In this document: positions 1 to 13,609 of the stretch, piece by piece | How positions within the stretch are numbered: the first letter of the stretch is position 1 | Layout: each line of letters begins with the position of its first letter | From: Ranitomeya imitator | Lineage: Eukaryota | DNA length: 64,000 nucleotides | Direction of reading: 5' to 3' | Assembly: GCF_032444005.1 (NCBI RefSeq) | Contig: NC_091284.1 | Span: 673,878,001 to 673,942,000 of the forward strand | Program-made: the position numbers and the translations under genes | The notes under the pieces: generated by a model | What the model was told of the DNA's origin: nothing | Databases searched by the model: none | Seen by the model: the letters and a program-made list of their open reading frames with translations, nothing else

Positions 1-122
1 GTTCCCGTCCGGAGCGCATTCCAAGGCAGTTCTTACCGAGACTCCTAACTGTCGGTCGGTGAGAATCTTCACTTCTCGGGTCTCTCGTCCGCGCTCTTTG
101 TGAACGTCCTTCTTGAGCAGCC
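1..122 (+). other. 5' UTR portion of alpha-tubulin exon 1 (TSS probably at or upstream of the window start)
   Basis: Pyrimidine-rich GC-rich sequence directly upstream of GCAGCCATG (Kozak-like) and the GTAAGT donor; no core promoter visible in the window. Confidence 0.6.
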
Positions 123-125
123 ATG
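123..125 (+). CDS. tuba1: Alpha-tubulin exon 1 (ATG only)
   Basis: GCAGCC-ATG|GTAAGT. A start codon followed immediately by an intron is the conserved vertebrate TUBA structure; splicing to 9155 gives [13 protein letters not shown]. Confidence 0.9.
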
Positions 126-830
126 GTAAGTGATGTGAAGGGAGAGCGCCTGGCCGCCGCATCCTTGTCTAGCGGGCAGTGCTCCTCCCAAACCCTCCGC
201 ACTAAGCCCAGCCCGCCGTGCCCGTGCCGGCCGAGCGCCGTTATTCGGGCCGGGGCCTGCAGTGCGATGGGCTGTTAACCCCTTTGTGCCGGGCTCCGGT
301 GGTCACAGGCCGCGCGCTCTTTCGCTTGTGGCGCACGTGCACAGTCACGTGACCTGGACCGCTCCTTATCCGCGGCTTATAGCGGGAGGGCCTCGTGGAA
401 AGGCCGATAATTAGAGGGGCTTCCAGTGGGCGAAGCGCGGGTGGTCGGGGTGTGACTCTCGGGCCGCAGTCACGTGGCCGTGGTCCTGCTCAGCCGCTGC
501 AGCAGCCCTTCCCTATAACGGCCATAGATGGCGCCTGGCATGGGGGGCCTGGTGGGACTTGTGGTGGTCCCTGCAGGACCCTGGTCACGTGTCTGCCAGT
601 TCTGTCCCTTACAGGGGGTTGGGTCTGGTCCACTACAGAACCAGAGCATCCGCAGCACCGGATAGCAGAGGGGTCGTCCTATGTAATGGCCCCGCCTGTC
701 CCCAGGGGAAGCCATGACCCTGAGCCCACTGTTACCGGGGTCCTGAGCCCACCATTGCCGAGGAAAATGGCTGCAGCCTGATGGACAAAGAAATGGCCGG
801 CAGTCCGTCCTGTAGATTGTATGGAGCGTC
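126..830. promoter_or_regulatory. CpG-island-like 5' end of intron 1 with E-box and YY1-like motifs
   Basis: High GC/CpG density; CACGTG E-boxes (~334, GTCACGTGAC ~344-353, ~470); AGATGGCG (~526), AAAATGGC (~764) and AAATGGCC (~791) YY1-core-like motifs. Confidence 0.55.
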
Positions 831-975
831 ATCATGCACGGCCACCTATCAAGATTCCTGGACTGGTGGTCTCTTTGGGTGATCATTGGGGTCTTGGAGA
901 GATAATTGCCTATTTTGTGAAGTAGTGTTATTTTTTAGAGGGCCCCTATAATCTCCATTGTGGTTCTTACTCTAA

Positions 976-1474
976 GGCTACTTTCACACATCAGGTTTTC
1001 GCCATCAGGCTAAATCCAGCTAATTTTCAAAAAACGGATCAGGCGAATGTTGCTGCTGGATAGTTTTTTTTTTTCCCCCATAGACTTGTATTGGTGCCGG
1101 ATTGCATCGGATGACATTGGGTTTCGTCTGGTTTTCGCCGAATCCAGCAAACCTGCCGCTTCCAGTTTCTTGAAAAAAACGTCCATAGCAACGTTTTTTG
1201 TCTCTGGCGAAAAAGTCTGAAGTGCCGGATCTGGCGCTTTCGGCGGTTTGCTAGAATGGAAGCCTATAGGTGTCGGATCCGGCAGCCTGATCCGTTTTTT
1301 TAAACTGAGCATGCTCCATTTTTTTTTTTTTTTAATCCAATCTAGATGTGCTAGCGGGAACCGTCAAAAAAACGGATCTGTCACATTAGTTTTTCACAAT
1401 CTGTGCCGGATCCAGTTTTTCCAACATTCGCCAGATTTAGCCTGACACTGAAAACCTGATGTGTGAAAGTAGCC
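976..1474. mobile_element. PIF/Harbinger-type MITE
   Basis: 25-bp TIR GGCTACTTTCACACATCAGGTTTTC / GAAAACCTGATGTGTGAAAGTAGCC; TAA on both sides (973-975, 1475-1477). Confidence 0.85.
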
Positions 1475-2811
1475 TAAGCGTTACCAGTGGTGCTACCAGG
1501 CTGCAGTCCCTGTCTTATACTCGACCCGGTTTGTTTCTCCGGTGCCACTCCAGTCCTGCAGCGCCTTCTTGTGACCACAGCTCCTGAATGACCCGAAGTT
1601 GTGTCACAAGCTCTCTGTGCGAGTCATAGACTTGTATTGTGGCTTTTGGCTCGCTCATGAAACACTGGAGCCATCAGGCAGGTCGCAATCTGCCAGAGGC
1701 TGACAGGAGCAGCGGCGATGACGACTGCGGTGGGCGATGAATCTGACTAGCTACAGGGACCTAGTGGTAGAAGAAACACTGCAGTGATGCTGTAAAGGCT
1801 GGCTCCAGAGGAAACGCCCTTCATGATTGTGCAGAGTCTGATGGGGTAATGCTTCTATTACCACGATATGTGTATTACGGGGCGGCCTGACTCATGCCCC
1901 CGGGTAATACGGAGTGTAGCTGATGGCACAGCTTAGTGGTTGTGTACTTGCCCACCAGTGTCTAATGCCAGCTCAGAATGTGAAGGAGGGGCACAGCTCT
2001 CCAGTGATAAGGTGTGTGCTGTAGGATGAAGTCATTGCTTCCTGCTACTCGTGACTCATGATCTGCTCACTGGAGAGATCACAAAGGGCTCCTGGGTTCA
2101 CTGCTGGAGCATGTACAGGAGGGGTGACAGAAGCCCCCTATGTAATGTGCAGTGGGCAGTGTTTAGGAACATGGCGTTTATACAGTGTAGTGAATATTCT
2201 ATCTTGCACGTAGATTGTTTCTGGCCTTCTGACTTTCCTAATATGGTCCAGTAATGTAGGTTAACGCATTGAGCCTTTGCTCATGTTTAGTGGTATTATT
2301 CTGGAACTATTTTAAAGGGAAGCCATCATCAGGAAATGACCTATTGTTTAAATTGGATTGTCTGGTAATTGCCACAATACATGTTTGCTTAATTTTAAAG
2401 ATCAATATTTGTATTAAATAGAAATCTTGCAATGCTCACTCTGGCCAGTAGGCTTTTTTTGTAAGATTAACTTCCTGTTAAAGGAAACAATACATGGACA
2501 TTAATGGCCGGAGCCCGACCCCATGTTTTCTACTGTAGTCTGAGCAGGGGGTGTAAGTCAGGGGGAGCAGGGTTCGCTGTGACATCTTGTGATTGGTGGA
2601 TCCGGTTATCAGCTGTGAGTAGGTGTTACCCCCACATTGTAGTCGTGCCTCTAATAAGGAGCCTGCTCAGTTTGTTTTTTTTAACCAGAGTGCAAGTTGC
2701 AAAATTACACTAAACATTTTTCAGTGTAGGAAAGATTGTATGCAGTCTTCTGTTTTGTTTTGCCTTTTTTTTTTTTTTATGAAATATATTAAACACCAGA
2801 AACTGATTTGA

Positions 2812-3340
2812 AGGGAATCTGTCGCACAGTTTTTGCCATCTTTTGAAAGCCGCATAATTTAGAGGCAGAGACCCTTAAGGCTAGGGTCACATTGCGTTAG
2901 TGCAATCCGTTTAGCGCTAGCGGATTGCGCTAACGCAATGTTTTCTATGGGGCTGGGGTCGCGGTAACGTCCCCGCTCTCGCAGATCCCCGGTCTGCGAG
3001 AGCGGGGAACGGACCGCGGGCGCGCCAGGAATCACTAGCGCGTGCCGAACATGGCACGCGCTAGTGAAGCGCGTTCCCATTGCCTTCAATGGGCGCGTTA
3101 ACGGACGCGTTGCACGGCGTTAATTTCGCCGTTCAACGCTGTCCGTTAAACGCGGTCCCATAACGCAATGGGAACCCAGCCTTATTGCAGCAGTGTCACG
3201 GAGCTGTTTTTTTTTTTTTTTTGTAAAATCCCTTTTCTGCAGGAGATCCACTAGAGAAACCCTGGTGCCATGTCCTCCATATCCTTGAGCTCTGCATAAC
3301 CCTGCCCCACCGCTGACTGCACACTGTATACAGATTCCCT
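2812..3340. mobile_element. T2/Kolobok-type MITE (TTAA target) interrupted by a Harbinger MITE
   Basis: Termini AGGGAATCTG ... CAGATTCCCT|TTAA; left target degenerate (TTGA). Confidence 0.65.
2879..3181. mobile_element. Harbinger-type MITE (same family as 22579..22915)
   Basis: TIR GGCTAGGGTCACATTGCGTTA / TAACGCAATGGGAACCCAGCC; flanks TAA / TTA; internal hairpins. Confidence 0.8.
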
Positions 3341-4385
3341 TTAAACAGGTCACCTTCTAAAACATTCAATTTTCAAGAACATGACTTCTGATGCCAACAC
3401 TTGGCTAGGTGTGCACCATGTCATAGAATCAGATGAGTTGCCTATCTGCACTGCATGTTCTTCATATAACGCACCTGTCATCATAGAGCACACTGTATCC
3501 TTCTCCCACAATGAATATAGGGCTTGGTATAAGATCGGTCACTTCTGTAGGGTGAGCAGATGTGGGGAAACGAGGGTTTAGCTCAAAGTTCTATCCTTGG
3601 AAGCTTTACTTTATCTTGATTTGGCTTCTATAAACAGTTTAACAAAAAATGAATGACCATTAAAAACATTTGCCTCATCACATGACTTCTTAAAAATAAA
3701 CGTAGCTGGGGTGATCAGCTAATTGCCCCACAATTTTATTTCTGCTCCTAAGGTTGAGGGGTGCTATGATTGCACTGCCAGCAGCAGATAGAAATCCTTG
3801 TATTTTGGGATGGAGGAGTAAAGGAGGCAATGTATATCAAGCTTAGTCTGTTCCATCAGGGATGCCATGTATGTGGCAAATGAGTGATCCATTTAATAAT
3901 TTTCACTGGTGACTGCTTTTAAAGGCCTTATTCTAGTAAGTTTCTTAGCTTGGCCCAGGTCACATGTTACCTGATTGCCATTTTCTGGCTATTAGCACAG
4001 GTCCTGAAGCATACAGCTCATGTTGGAGGTTTGTCTTTAGATGTCCTGGCTGGTAAGAGATCTACTCATGCGCCACATAATGCCGTCACAGCACGTGTGC
4101 ATAGATTATTTCAGCTTCACTATAGTGGGGTTGATCCTGCTGCTGCCATCCTGGCATTCCTCGGTGAGTCAGTGCTAGGAAATGTGCTGGTTTCAGCCGG
4201 TTTATAGTGTAGAACAAAAATTAGTATGTGAGGCATATGATTAGGCTTCACCAGGCAGAACAATGGGGACAGACTGACTCAGGAGTGCCAGGGCCACTGG
4301 GGCAGAACATTCATCAATTGAGCTTTGTGCATCACGCTGGAAGCTGCTATGGGTTGGTGTAAAAAAAAAAAAAAATTTAAATTTA

Positions 4386-6076
4386 CCGTATATACTCGAG
4401 TATAAGCCGACCCCCCCCCCCTAATTTTGCCACAAAAAACTGGGAAAACTTATTGACTCGAGTATAAGCCTAGGGTAGAAAATGCAGCATTTACCGGTGA
4501 ATTTCAAAAATAAAAATAGATGCTCCATACCGTTCATTATTGCACCATAGATGCTCCATATACAACTGTGCTATATAGAATGCTCTGCACCGTTGATTAT
4601 GGCCCCATAGATGCTCCTTATAATGCTGTGCCATATATGCTCTGCACCTTTGATTATGGCCCCATAGGTGCTCCTTATAATGCTGTGCCCCATATATGCT
4701 CTGAACCTTTGATTATGGCCCCATAGGTGCTCCTTATAATGCTGTGCCCCATATATGCTCTGCACCGTTGATTATGGCCCCATAGATGCTCCTTATAATG
4801 CTGTGCCATATATGCTCTGCACCTTTGATTATGGCCCCATAGGTGCTCCTTATAATGCTGTGCCATATATGCTCTGCACCTTTGATTATGGCCCCATAGG
4901 TGCTCCTTATAATGCTGTGCCCCATATATGCTCTGCACCGTTGATTATGGCCCCATAGATGCTCCTTATAATGCTGTGCCATATATGCTCTGCACCTTTG
5001 ATTATGGCCCCATAGGTGCTCCTTATAATGCTGTGCCCCATATATGCTCTGCACCTTTATGGCCCCATAGGTGCTCCTTTATAATGCTGTGCCCCATATA
5101 TTCTCTGCACCTTTGATTATGGCCCCATAGGTGCTCCTTATAATGCTGTGCCCCATATATGCTCTGCACCTTTATGGCCCCATAGGTGCTCCTTATAATG
5201 CTGTGCCCCATATATGCTCTGCACCTTTATGGCCCCATAGGTGCTCCTTATAATGCTGTGCCCCATATATGCTCTGCACCTTTATGGCCCCATAGGTGCT
5301 CTTTATAATGCTGTGCCCCATATATGCTCTGCACCTTTATGGCCCCATAGGTGCTCCTTATAATGCTGTGCCCCATATATGCTCTGCACCTTTATGGCCC
5401 CATAGATGCTCCTTATAATGCTGTGCCCCATATATGCTCTGCACCTTTATGGCCCCATAGGTGCTCCTTAGAATGCTGCTGGTGCTGCCATAAAAAAAAA
5501 AAAAAAAAATCACATACTCACCTCTCTTCTCAGGACGCCGGCGCTTTCAATAATTACCTGCTCCTCTGCGGCTCCGTCTCCAGCACTGACGCTCAGCAGA
5601 GGGCGCGCACTGACTACGTCACAGCGCCCTCTAACCTGAGCGTCATTGCTAGAGGACGCTGGAGACGGAGCGAGGAGCAGGTAATTATAGCGCTGCGCTC
5701 CCCTTACCTGCTGCGGCGCGGTCCCTGCAGTCCCTGGCTTCTCCTCCGCTGCAGCTTCTTCCTGTAATTGAGCGGTCACATGGCACCGATCATTTACAGC
5801 AATGAATATGCGGCTCCTCCCCTATGGGGGTGGAGCTGCCTATTCATTTCTGTAATAAGCGGTGCCATGTGACCGCTCAGTGCAGGAAGAATCTGCAGCG
5901 CCGGAGAAGCCAGGGACTGCAGGGACCGCGCTGGGAGCAGGTAAGTATGATTACACAGCCCCCGCTCCCCCTCCCCTGCTGACACCCGGGTATATGACTC
6001 GAGTATAAGCCGAGAGGGGGACTTTCAGCCCAAAAAAATGGCCTGAAAATCTCGGCTTATACTCGAGTATATACGG
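4386..6076. mobile_element. Non-autonomous Tc2/pogo-like DNA transposon carrying a minisatellite
   Basis: TA|CCGTATATACTCGAGTATAAGCCGA ... TCGGCTTATACTCGAGTATATACGG|TA; subterminal repeats of ACTCGAGTATAAGCC; no transposase ORF. Confidence 0.85.
4525..5470. repeat. Minisatellite with 55-59 bp units
   Basis: Unit GCTCCTTATAATGCTGTGCCCCATATATGCTCTGCACCTTTGATTATGGCCCCATAGGT (59 bp), with 57-bp and 55-bp deletion variants. Confidence 0.95.
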
Positions 6077-6659
6077 TAATTATATATTCGCATAACCTGC
6101 CCTCATCCTAAAGAGAACTGTTAGCTTCCAATCTGCTCCGTTACAGGAGATCACAAATGGTAGCTTTGCCAGATTAAGCTCATGAGGGACAGCAGTGCCC
6201 GGTGGGCTCAATTACCTTTATTTTGGTCTATTAGACTTGTGTGGCCTTTTATCTGACAAAATGCAGCCTGCTGCACTGTTTGATGTAAACAGGGCCATAA
6301 ATGGGTTATCCATTAATTTATTAAAGGGCTCTGGAAGGTGGAAAAGACTCCAAGACTGGAGCAGCTCTACTGCTCAGCTCTGCTTGTCCCACTGATGTGC
6401 TGGGATAAACAGCTGGGGGTGGGGGGTGTCATGTGAGCGCTGCAGCCAATCAGCTGGGTCACCCCCACCGAATGTTTGATCCCAGAAGACCAGTGAATGA
6501 TATAGGGAGATCTAAAGTTGCTCCCCCCTTCCCCTGGGTCTACTAATGTGTTGTTGGACAACTTTAGCACTTAACTATCAGCAGCTGACCATTATCTGTG
6601 AGTGGCTGCTGGGGCCCTTCTGTGTACAGTAGCCAAATTGGTGATCTTTTTATAGTTAA

Positions 6660-7374
6660 GGCCCCTTCACATTAAGCGACGCTGCAGCGATACCGACAAC
6701 GATCCGGATCGCTGCAGCGTCGCTGTTTGGTCGCTGGAGAGCTGTCACACAGACCGCTCTCCAGTGACCAACGATGCCGGTAACCAGGGTAAACATCGGG
6801 TAACTAAGCGCAGGGCCGCGCTTAGTAACCCGATGTTTACCCTGGTTACCATGCTAAAAGTAAAAAAAACCAAACACTAGATACTTACCTACCGCTGTCT
6901 GTCCTCCAGCGCTGTGCTCTGCTCTCCTCCTGTACTGTCTGTGAGCCGGAAAGCAGAGCGGTGACGTCACCGCTCTGCTTTCCGGCTCACAGACAGTACA
7001 GGAGGAGTGCAGAGCACAGCGCTGGAGGACAGACAGCGGTAGGTAAGTATCTAGTGTTTGTTTTTTTTTACTTTTAGCATGGTAACCAGGGTAAACATCG
7101 GGTTACTAAGCGCGGCCCTGCGCTTAGTTACCCGATGTTTACCCTGGTTACCAGTGAAGACATCGCTGGATCGGTGTCACACACGCCGATCCAGCGATGT
7201 CAGCAGGAGTCCAGCGACGAAATAAAGTTCTGGACTTTATTCAGCGACCAACGATCTCCCAGCAGGGGCCTGATCGTTGGTCGCTGTCACACATAACGAT
7301 TTCATTAACGATATCGTTGCTACGTCACAAATAGCAACGATATCGTTAACAATATTGTTATGTGTGAAGGTACC
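6660..7374. mobile_element. Harbinger-type palindromic MITE (family shared with 14339..14994)
   Basis: Termini GGCCCCTTCACA / TGTGTGAAGGTACC, TTAA on both flanks; long internal inverted repeat centred on GGTGACGTCACC (~6960-6971). Confidence 0.85.
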
Positions 7375-8599
7375 TTAAGCCTCTTATCGGGATTTTTCTA
7401 AGTAAACCGAAGGCATTGTCAAGTTGGTGTTACACTGATTAAAATGATACCTGGTTGAAGAAATCTGTCTTGTGGTTTAACTCAAAACTGCAAACCAATA
7501 TTAATGAGATTCTTGGGCTCTGGAGCGGCCTGTGGGGGGATTTTTTGCTGCTCTGGCCTCGTCGTCATTTTTGCTTAAATAACATATCACTGAACTGTCA
7601 GTAACTTGCCTCCTATGTTAAATACTGTACTTGCGCAGTTAAGTGTTCTAAAAAAATAAAAAGTAAAATAAATAAAAACTTCAGCAAAATGGCAGCACAT
7701 GTGCAGTAGTGTCTCTCTGCAAGCGATTTTGTTAATCTGCAGAAGCCCTGCCCACTGGTGATTAGGTAATTTGATTAAAAAAAAGTAGCCCAGCACTTGG
7801 GTTAAAATCTCTTAACTTTATTCACATATTCATAGAAGCTTTCATTGGCAATGATAACAGCATGTTCAAACCACCGATGCGTTTCGGACTAAGGGTAGCC
7901 CTGGTTCACAGTGTGCAGATAAAACTAACAATTGAATTCAAGGCTGCAAATCTGACACATCACCATAAATATATAGCCAAATTCTGATGAGCATTATCGA
8001 TGGTAGAGAACATATATCATATCAAGTCAAAATTGTACGCAAATATATCTGACCATTTACCACCTTGGCATGGATATATGGATAACTGCAAAAAATACAT
8101 CAATATACAAAGAACCACCAGGCAGTCATAGAATCCAACAGTATAACAGCTTTATTAAACGTATATCAATAAAAACATCACGTCAAACGGACATGCAAGA
8201 TGGCAACAAGATGTCACCAGCATCAAGAAACTGCCCAAGGTTGGGGGAATCCCTGGTTGGGGATAGATATATATATCACACATGTATAGAATATAGCAAC
8301 CACAGGTAAATGGAACAAGTATATGTATTCGAGGTAACAAATATGTAATCAAGGTACATGCTCCATTGCTGCAGTAGTAATAGATGATAATGCAGTAACT
8401 ATATACATACATACGGAAATTCTCATGGCAAACAATTGTAGGTCATATACAGTCTCATATAGAACTTTGGGCACCCCTGGTCACAATGACTGTTGTGGAT
8501 AGTTAAGCAAGTTGAAGTTAAAATCATCTCTAAAAAGCCTTACGTTATAGGCCATTTTTTCTGTTAGACAAAAATATATACTAATGTTTTACATTTTAA

Positions 8600-8995
8600 G
8601 GCTGGGATCACACATGCGAGGAGAAATACGGCCGAGTCTCGCATGTTAATACCTGACATTTTCGCCGTCACTCAGGAGCGGAGTGTGAGGCCGCAGAGCA
8701 ATAATAATAATAATAATTTTATTTATATAGCGCCAACATATTCCGCAGCGCTTTACAAATTATAGAGGGGACTTGTACAGACAATAGACATTACAGCATA
8801 ACAGAAATACAGTTCAAAACAGATACCAGGAGGAGTGAGGGCCCTGCTCGCAAGCTTACAAACTATGGGGAAAAGGGGAGACACGAGAGGTGGAGCAATA
8901 CATGGAGCTGCACGCTCCTGAGTGACGGCAGCAATGCCATGTATTAACATGCAAAACTCTGCTGTAGTTCTATGTAAGCATGTGTGATCCCAGCC
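8600..8995. mobile_element. Harbinger-type MITE interrupted by a LINE 3' fragment
   Basis: TIR GGCTGGGATCACACATGC / GCATGTGTGATCCCAGCC; TAA/TTA flanks; same family as 46645..46838. Confidence 0.8.
8704..8892 (-). mobile_element. 5'-truncated L2-type LINE 3' end
   Basis: Reverse complement ends ...GTAAAGCGCTGCGGAATATGTTGGCGCTATATAAATAAAA(ATT)n like 63770..63831; apparent 8-bp TSD GAGCAATA at 8696-8703 and 8893-8900. Confidence 0.75.
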
Positions 8996-9124
8996 TTAAA
9001 AATTGCAAAGGAATATGGGCACATGCAAAAGTTTGGGTTAATTTTTACTAATATTAAACGTTTATCAAGGGCATTTGATCACTATTAAAAGATCAGTTCC
9101 ATTTTACTATACTGCATAATGTGA

Positions 9125-9451
<327 letters not shown>

Positions 9452-9511
9452 TGAAAGTGTATTGATTGTTTTCACTTTAGGGAGTGTGTAAATCCTTAAA
9501 CCTCTTGATGA

Positions 9512-9706
<195 letters not shown>

Positions 9707-9721
9707 TAGCAGATTCATTAA

Positions 9722-10738
<1,017 letters not shown>

Positions 10739-10801
10739 ACATTTAGGTAAAATGTGCCTTTTTTCCCCCTCAAGCTAAAGCCTTCCATCTTATATTTTCT
10801 A

Positions 10802-10807
10802 AATAAA
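10802..10807 (+). terminator. Polyadenylation signal of alpha-tubulin
   Basis: AATAAA about 64 nt after the stop codon, followed by T-rich sequence. Confidence 0.75.
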
Positions 10808-11682
10808 GTTCCATTTAAAATATGGTTCCTAATAAGTTATGGCTGTTTTTAATTTGAAGTTGCAAAGATGTATGAAATGAGCTGCTAAAAACTTCCAGTA
10901 CAGTGGAAATCTGTACACTGACTTATGTAAAGCATATTCCACTAAAATGAATACAGAAGCAATGATGTCCTAGGCTGTAATTTATTCCAGTTTGCTTGGT
11001 CATGATGTAGCTTTTAATGTTTTCCCTGTTAATCACTTCAAGTTTCTCAATGGTTTCACTTACAATCTGTGCACACAGCCCCAAGCAATAACTGCACTGG
11101 GAGACCCATGTCCCTGAAAGTGATCTGCCAGATAGGTGGTGAGTGAGGGACATTGTCCTACGTTGCTGCACTTGCTATTCATTTATACTAGAGAAAATCA
11201 TTGTATAAATCTGAAATGGCAAAATTCTCCAAGCAAGTATGGATTTATTCAGAATTAGTGCCTTTTATATACAGATCATTTAGTTTTTGGGTATAAAATC
11301 CTGATTGTAGGCTTCCTTAACATCAAAGATATTGCTACACACTTTAATGGGTTATGAAACCTATTCTTTTGAATTGCCACTTGGGTGACACTTCATCCAT
11401 GCTAATTTAGTGTTCTTTGTAGCAAACAAGGCAACATTTTGGCCTTCCTCCAGTGGACATCACTAATTGAACATTAAGGTCTCAAGACTGGTGTTTCGGA
11501 GAAAAGATGACTTTGTGGTACATATGAGTAGCTGTAAGGATGTATGTACAGTAGTTGCATAGGTAAAACTACTCTGTAGCTGACATCCTATCCAGATTCT
11601 TCCTCCTGGGACAATATGTTTATTTGAGTATACTTTAGGGTTGGAGGACTTGTGGACACTTGTCTGCAGCCCTGTACATTAA

Positions 11683-12041
11683 GGCTATGTTCACACTTTG
11701 CAGATTCCACTGCGGATTTTTCTGCAGCAGAATTCCAAAATCCGCAGTGAAAACCCGTCGCGGTTTTTACTGCGGATTTATCGCGGTTTTTACTGCGTTT
11801 TCTTCTGTGGATTTTCATCTGCAGTTTTCTATTGGAGCAGGTGAAAATCCGCAGAAAAGTGACATGCTGCGGAATGTAATCCGCAGCGTTTCCGCGTGTT
11901 TTTTTCCGCAGCATGTGCACAGCGTTTTTTGTTTCCCATAGGTTTACATTGTACTGTAAACTCACGGGAAACTGCTGCGGATCCGCAGCGGTCAAATCCG
12001 CTGCGGATCCGCAGCAAAATCCGCAAAGTGTGAACATAGCC
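11683..12041. mobile_element. Harbinger-type MITE
   Basis: TAA|GGCTATGTTCACACTTTGC ... GCAAAGTGTGAACATAGCC|TAA; internal CCGCAG/CTGCGG short repeats. Confidence 0.88.
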
Positions 12042-13609
12042 TAATGGAGATCTCAATATTGGATTCTCACTTGGTCTCATTGAATGAATTGGGGAAATTG
12101 ACACTTGAAGGAAATTAGGGCTTCTCAATCTATTGGGGGTTCACCAGACCAATCCATCTAATGTTTAGAACTCGGTGTAGGCTGTATTCACACACAGGAG
12201 TGTTACCATCTCAAATTAAGTTGTTGTTTTTTTTAGTGTTACCCTATTTACTTTCATTTCCTGTCTTTTTGTTTTCCTTTCCCTTTTATATGCTATTATT
12301 CCAAGCCAATAAAACCGCCACAGCTGGTCATCATATAAAGTTGCCATGAGCAGAAAACACTAATCAGAACAGGATGTTCTGAGTCACACAATTGTCTCCA
12401 CAGCACCATAGAGCTGATTCTACTCCTTAGTCATCCAAAATGCATCATAAACGCAGTGTTTTGGCCAGCAATTGGCCTTTTTCAAGCACAAACAAAATGG
12501 CAGATCAGAACAGGCTGTTGATGTGCTGGCTACATGTAACGGACTGTCTGTGCTGAATGACTTTTTTCAAATTACAAGTGCTTGTGCATTTTGGCATGGA
12601 CAAACATTTAAGTGCATCTTTTTGCTTGTTTTCCATCCATCTCTACCTCTATGAAGCCATAACTGTCAACTAGAGGGTAGAGATTTAGGGGAAGGTGCAC
12701 TGAAAATATTTGACCTTGCCATGGTGCACAGAACGCTTGTACTTGGTTTGAACAGTCTTTGGCACATCCTTAATGACTGATCGTTTGCTTCTGCTAGGGT
12801 AAAGCAGCCTGCCATGACACAATGTGTGCAGCTTACAAACTTTCTGTAAGCCAAAAGTGTTCTGGTGTAACATACAACTAATATTGATGAATTTGCTGGA
12901 GGAGCCATGCTCTTTTCTGCCTTTGATTTACCCACTTTAGCAGGGCTGGTGGAAACATCAAAAGATGCAAAAAAAAAAAAAAGTTGTGCATATTCAGCTG
13001 CCACTTATTTACAATGTTCAAGAATGTTTTCTGTCAACACACCCAGATGCTGTAGAAGATAAGATTGTACAGAACACAGGAAAACTGCAAGAGGAAGTAG
13101 TGGTGGGAAGATGCCGGCTGGAATAATTGAGCATGGTTTGGTAACCAGATACAGAGTACCATTGACCTCGATGGCTTCAAAAAGCTATAATTTAAAATCT
13201 ATAAATGCATACATATGTCCTATGCAGATTTTTTTTTTTAATAATTCTAGGCATTGGCTTTGGAGGCTCAATCATGAATTCTGTCAGACTTGATGGGGAG
13301 GGATAACCTGAGTCTTAGTGCTACTTTATTTACTGGGTTGAGGAGGTGAGACATGTGCAATACATATCACACGGTACACAACAATACCGTAGAGGGCCTA
13401 TTTCAGCTCTAGGGGGTAATATGAACAGGACAAGGATGAAACCAGGTTAAGTTTATCTTTTTATGGGCATATCAACTATTGTCTTGCATACTGTATTAGT
13501 GGTTTAAAGGGTAAATGGGGCTAGAAGTACCTTCCAATAGGTAATACACTCGGAGCATGCCCACGCTGCTGTGTATTAGGTCTCCATACCTGATATAGAG
13601 AAACTAATA

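Noticed and set aside
395-886. 128- and 138-aa ORFs in the CpG island
   Set aside because: Expected by chance in GC-rich DNA; no recognisable domains.
4520-5767. Several overlapping short ORFs and a CRISPR-like regular repeat
   Set aside because: Contiguous tandem units with no unique spacers, no cas genes, eukaryotic context.
12300-13010. Minus-strand fragment resembling a zinc-finger linker (KRSVHHGKVKYFQCTFP) or exons of a neighbouring gene
   Set aside because: No complete C2H2 spacing, many stops in all frames, no convincing splice structure; would need tBLASTx.
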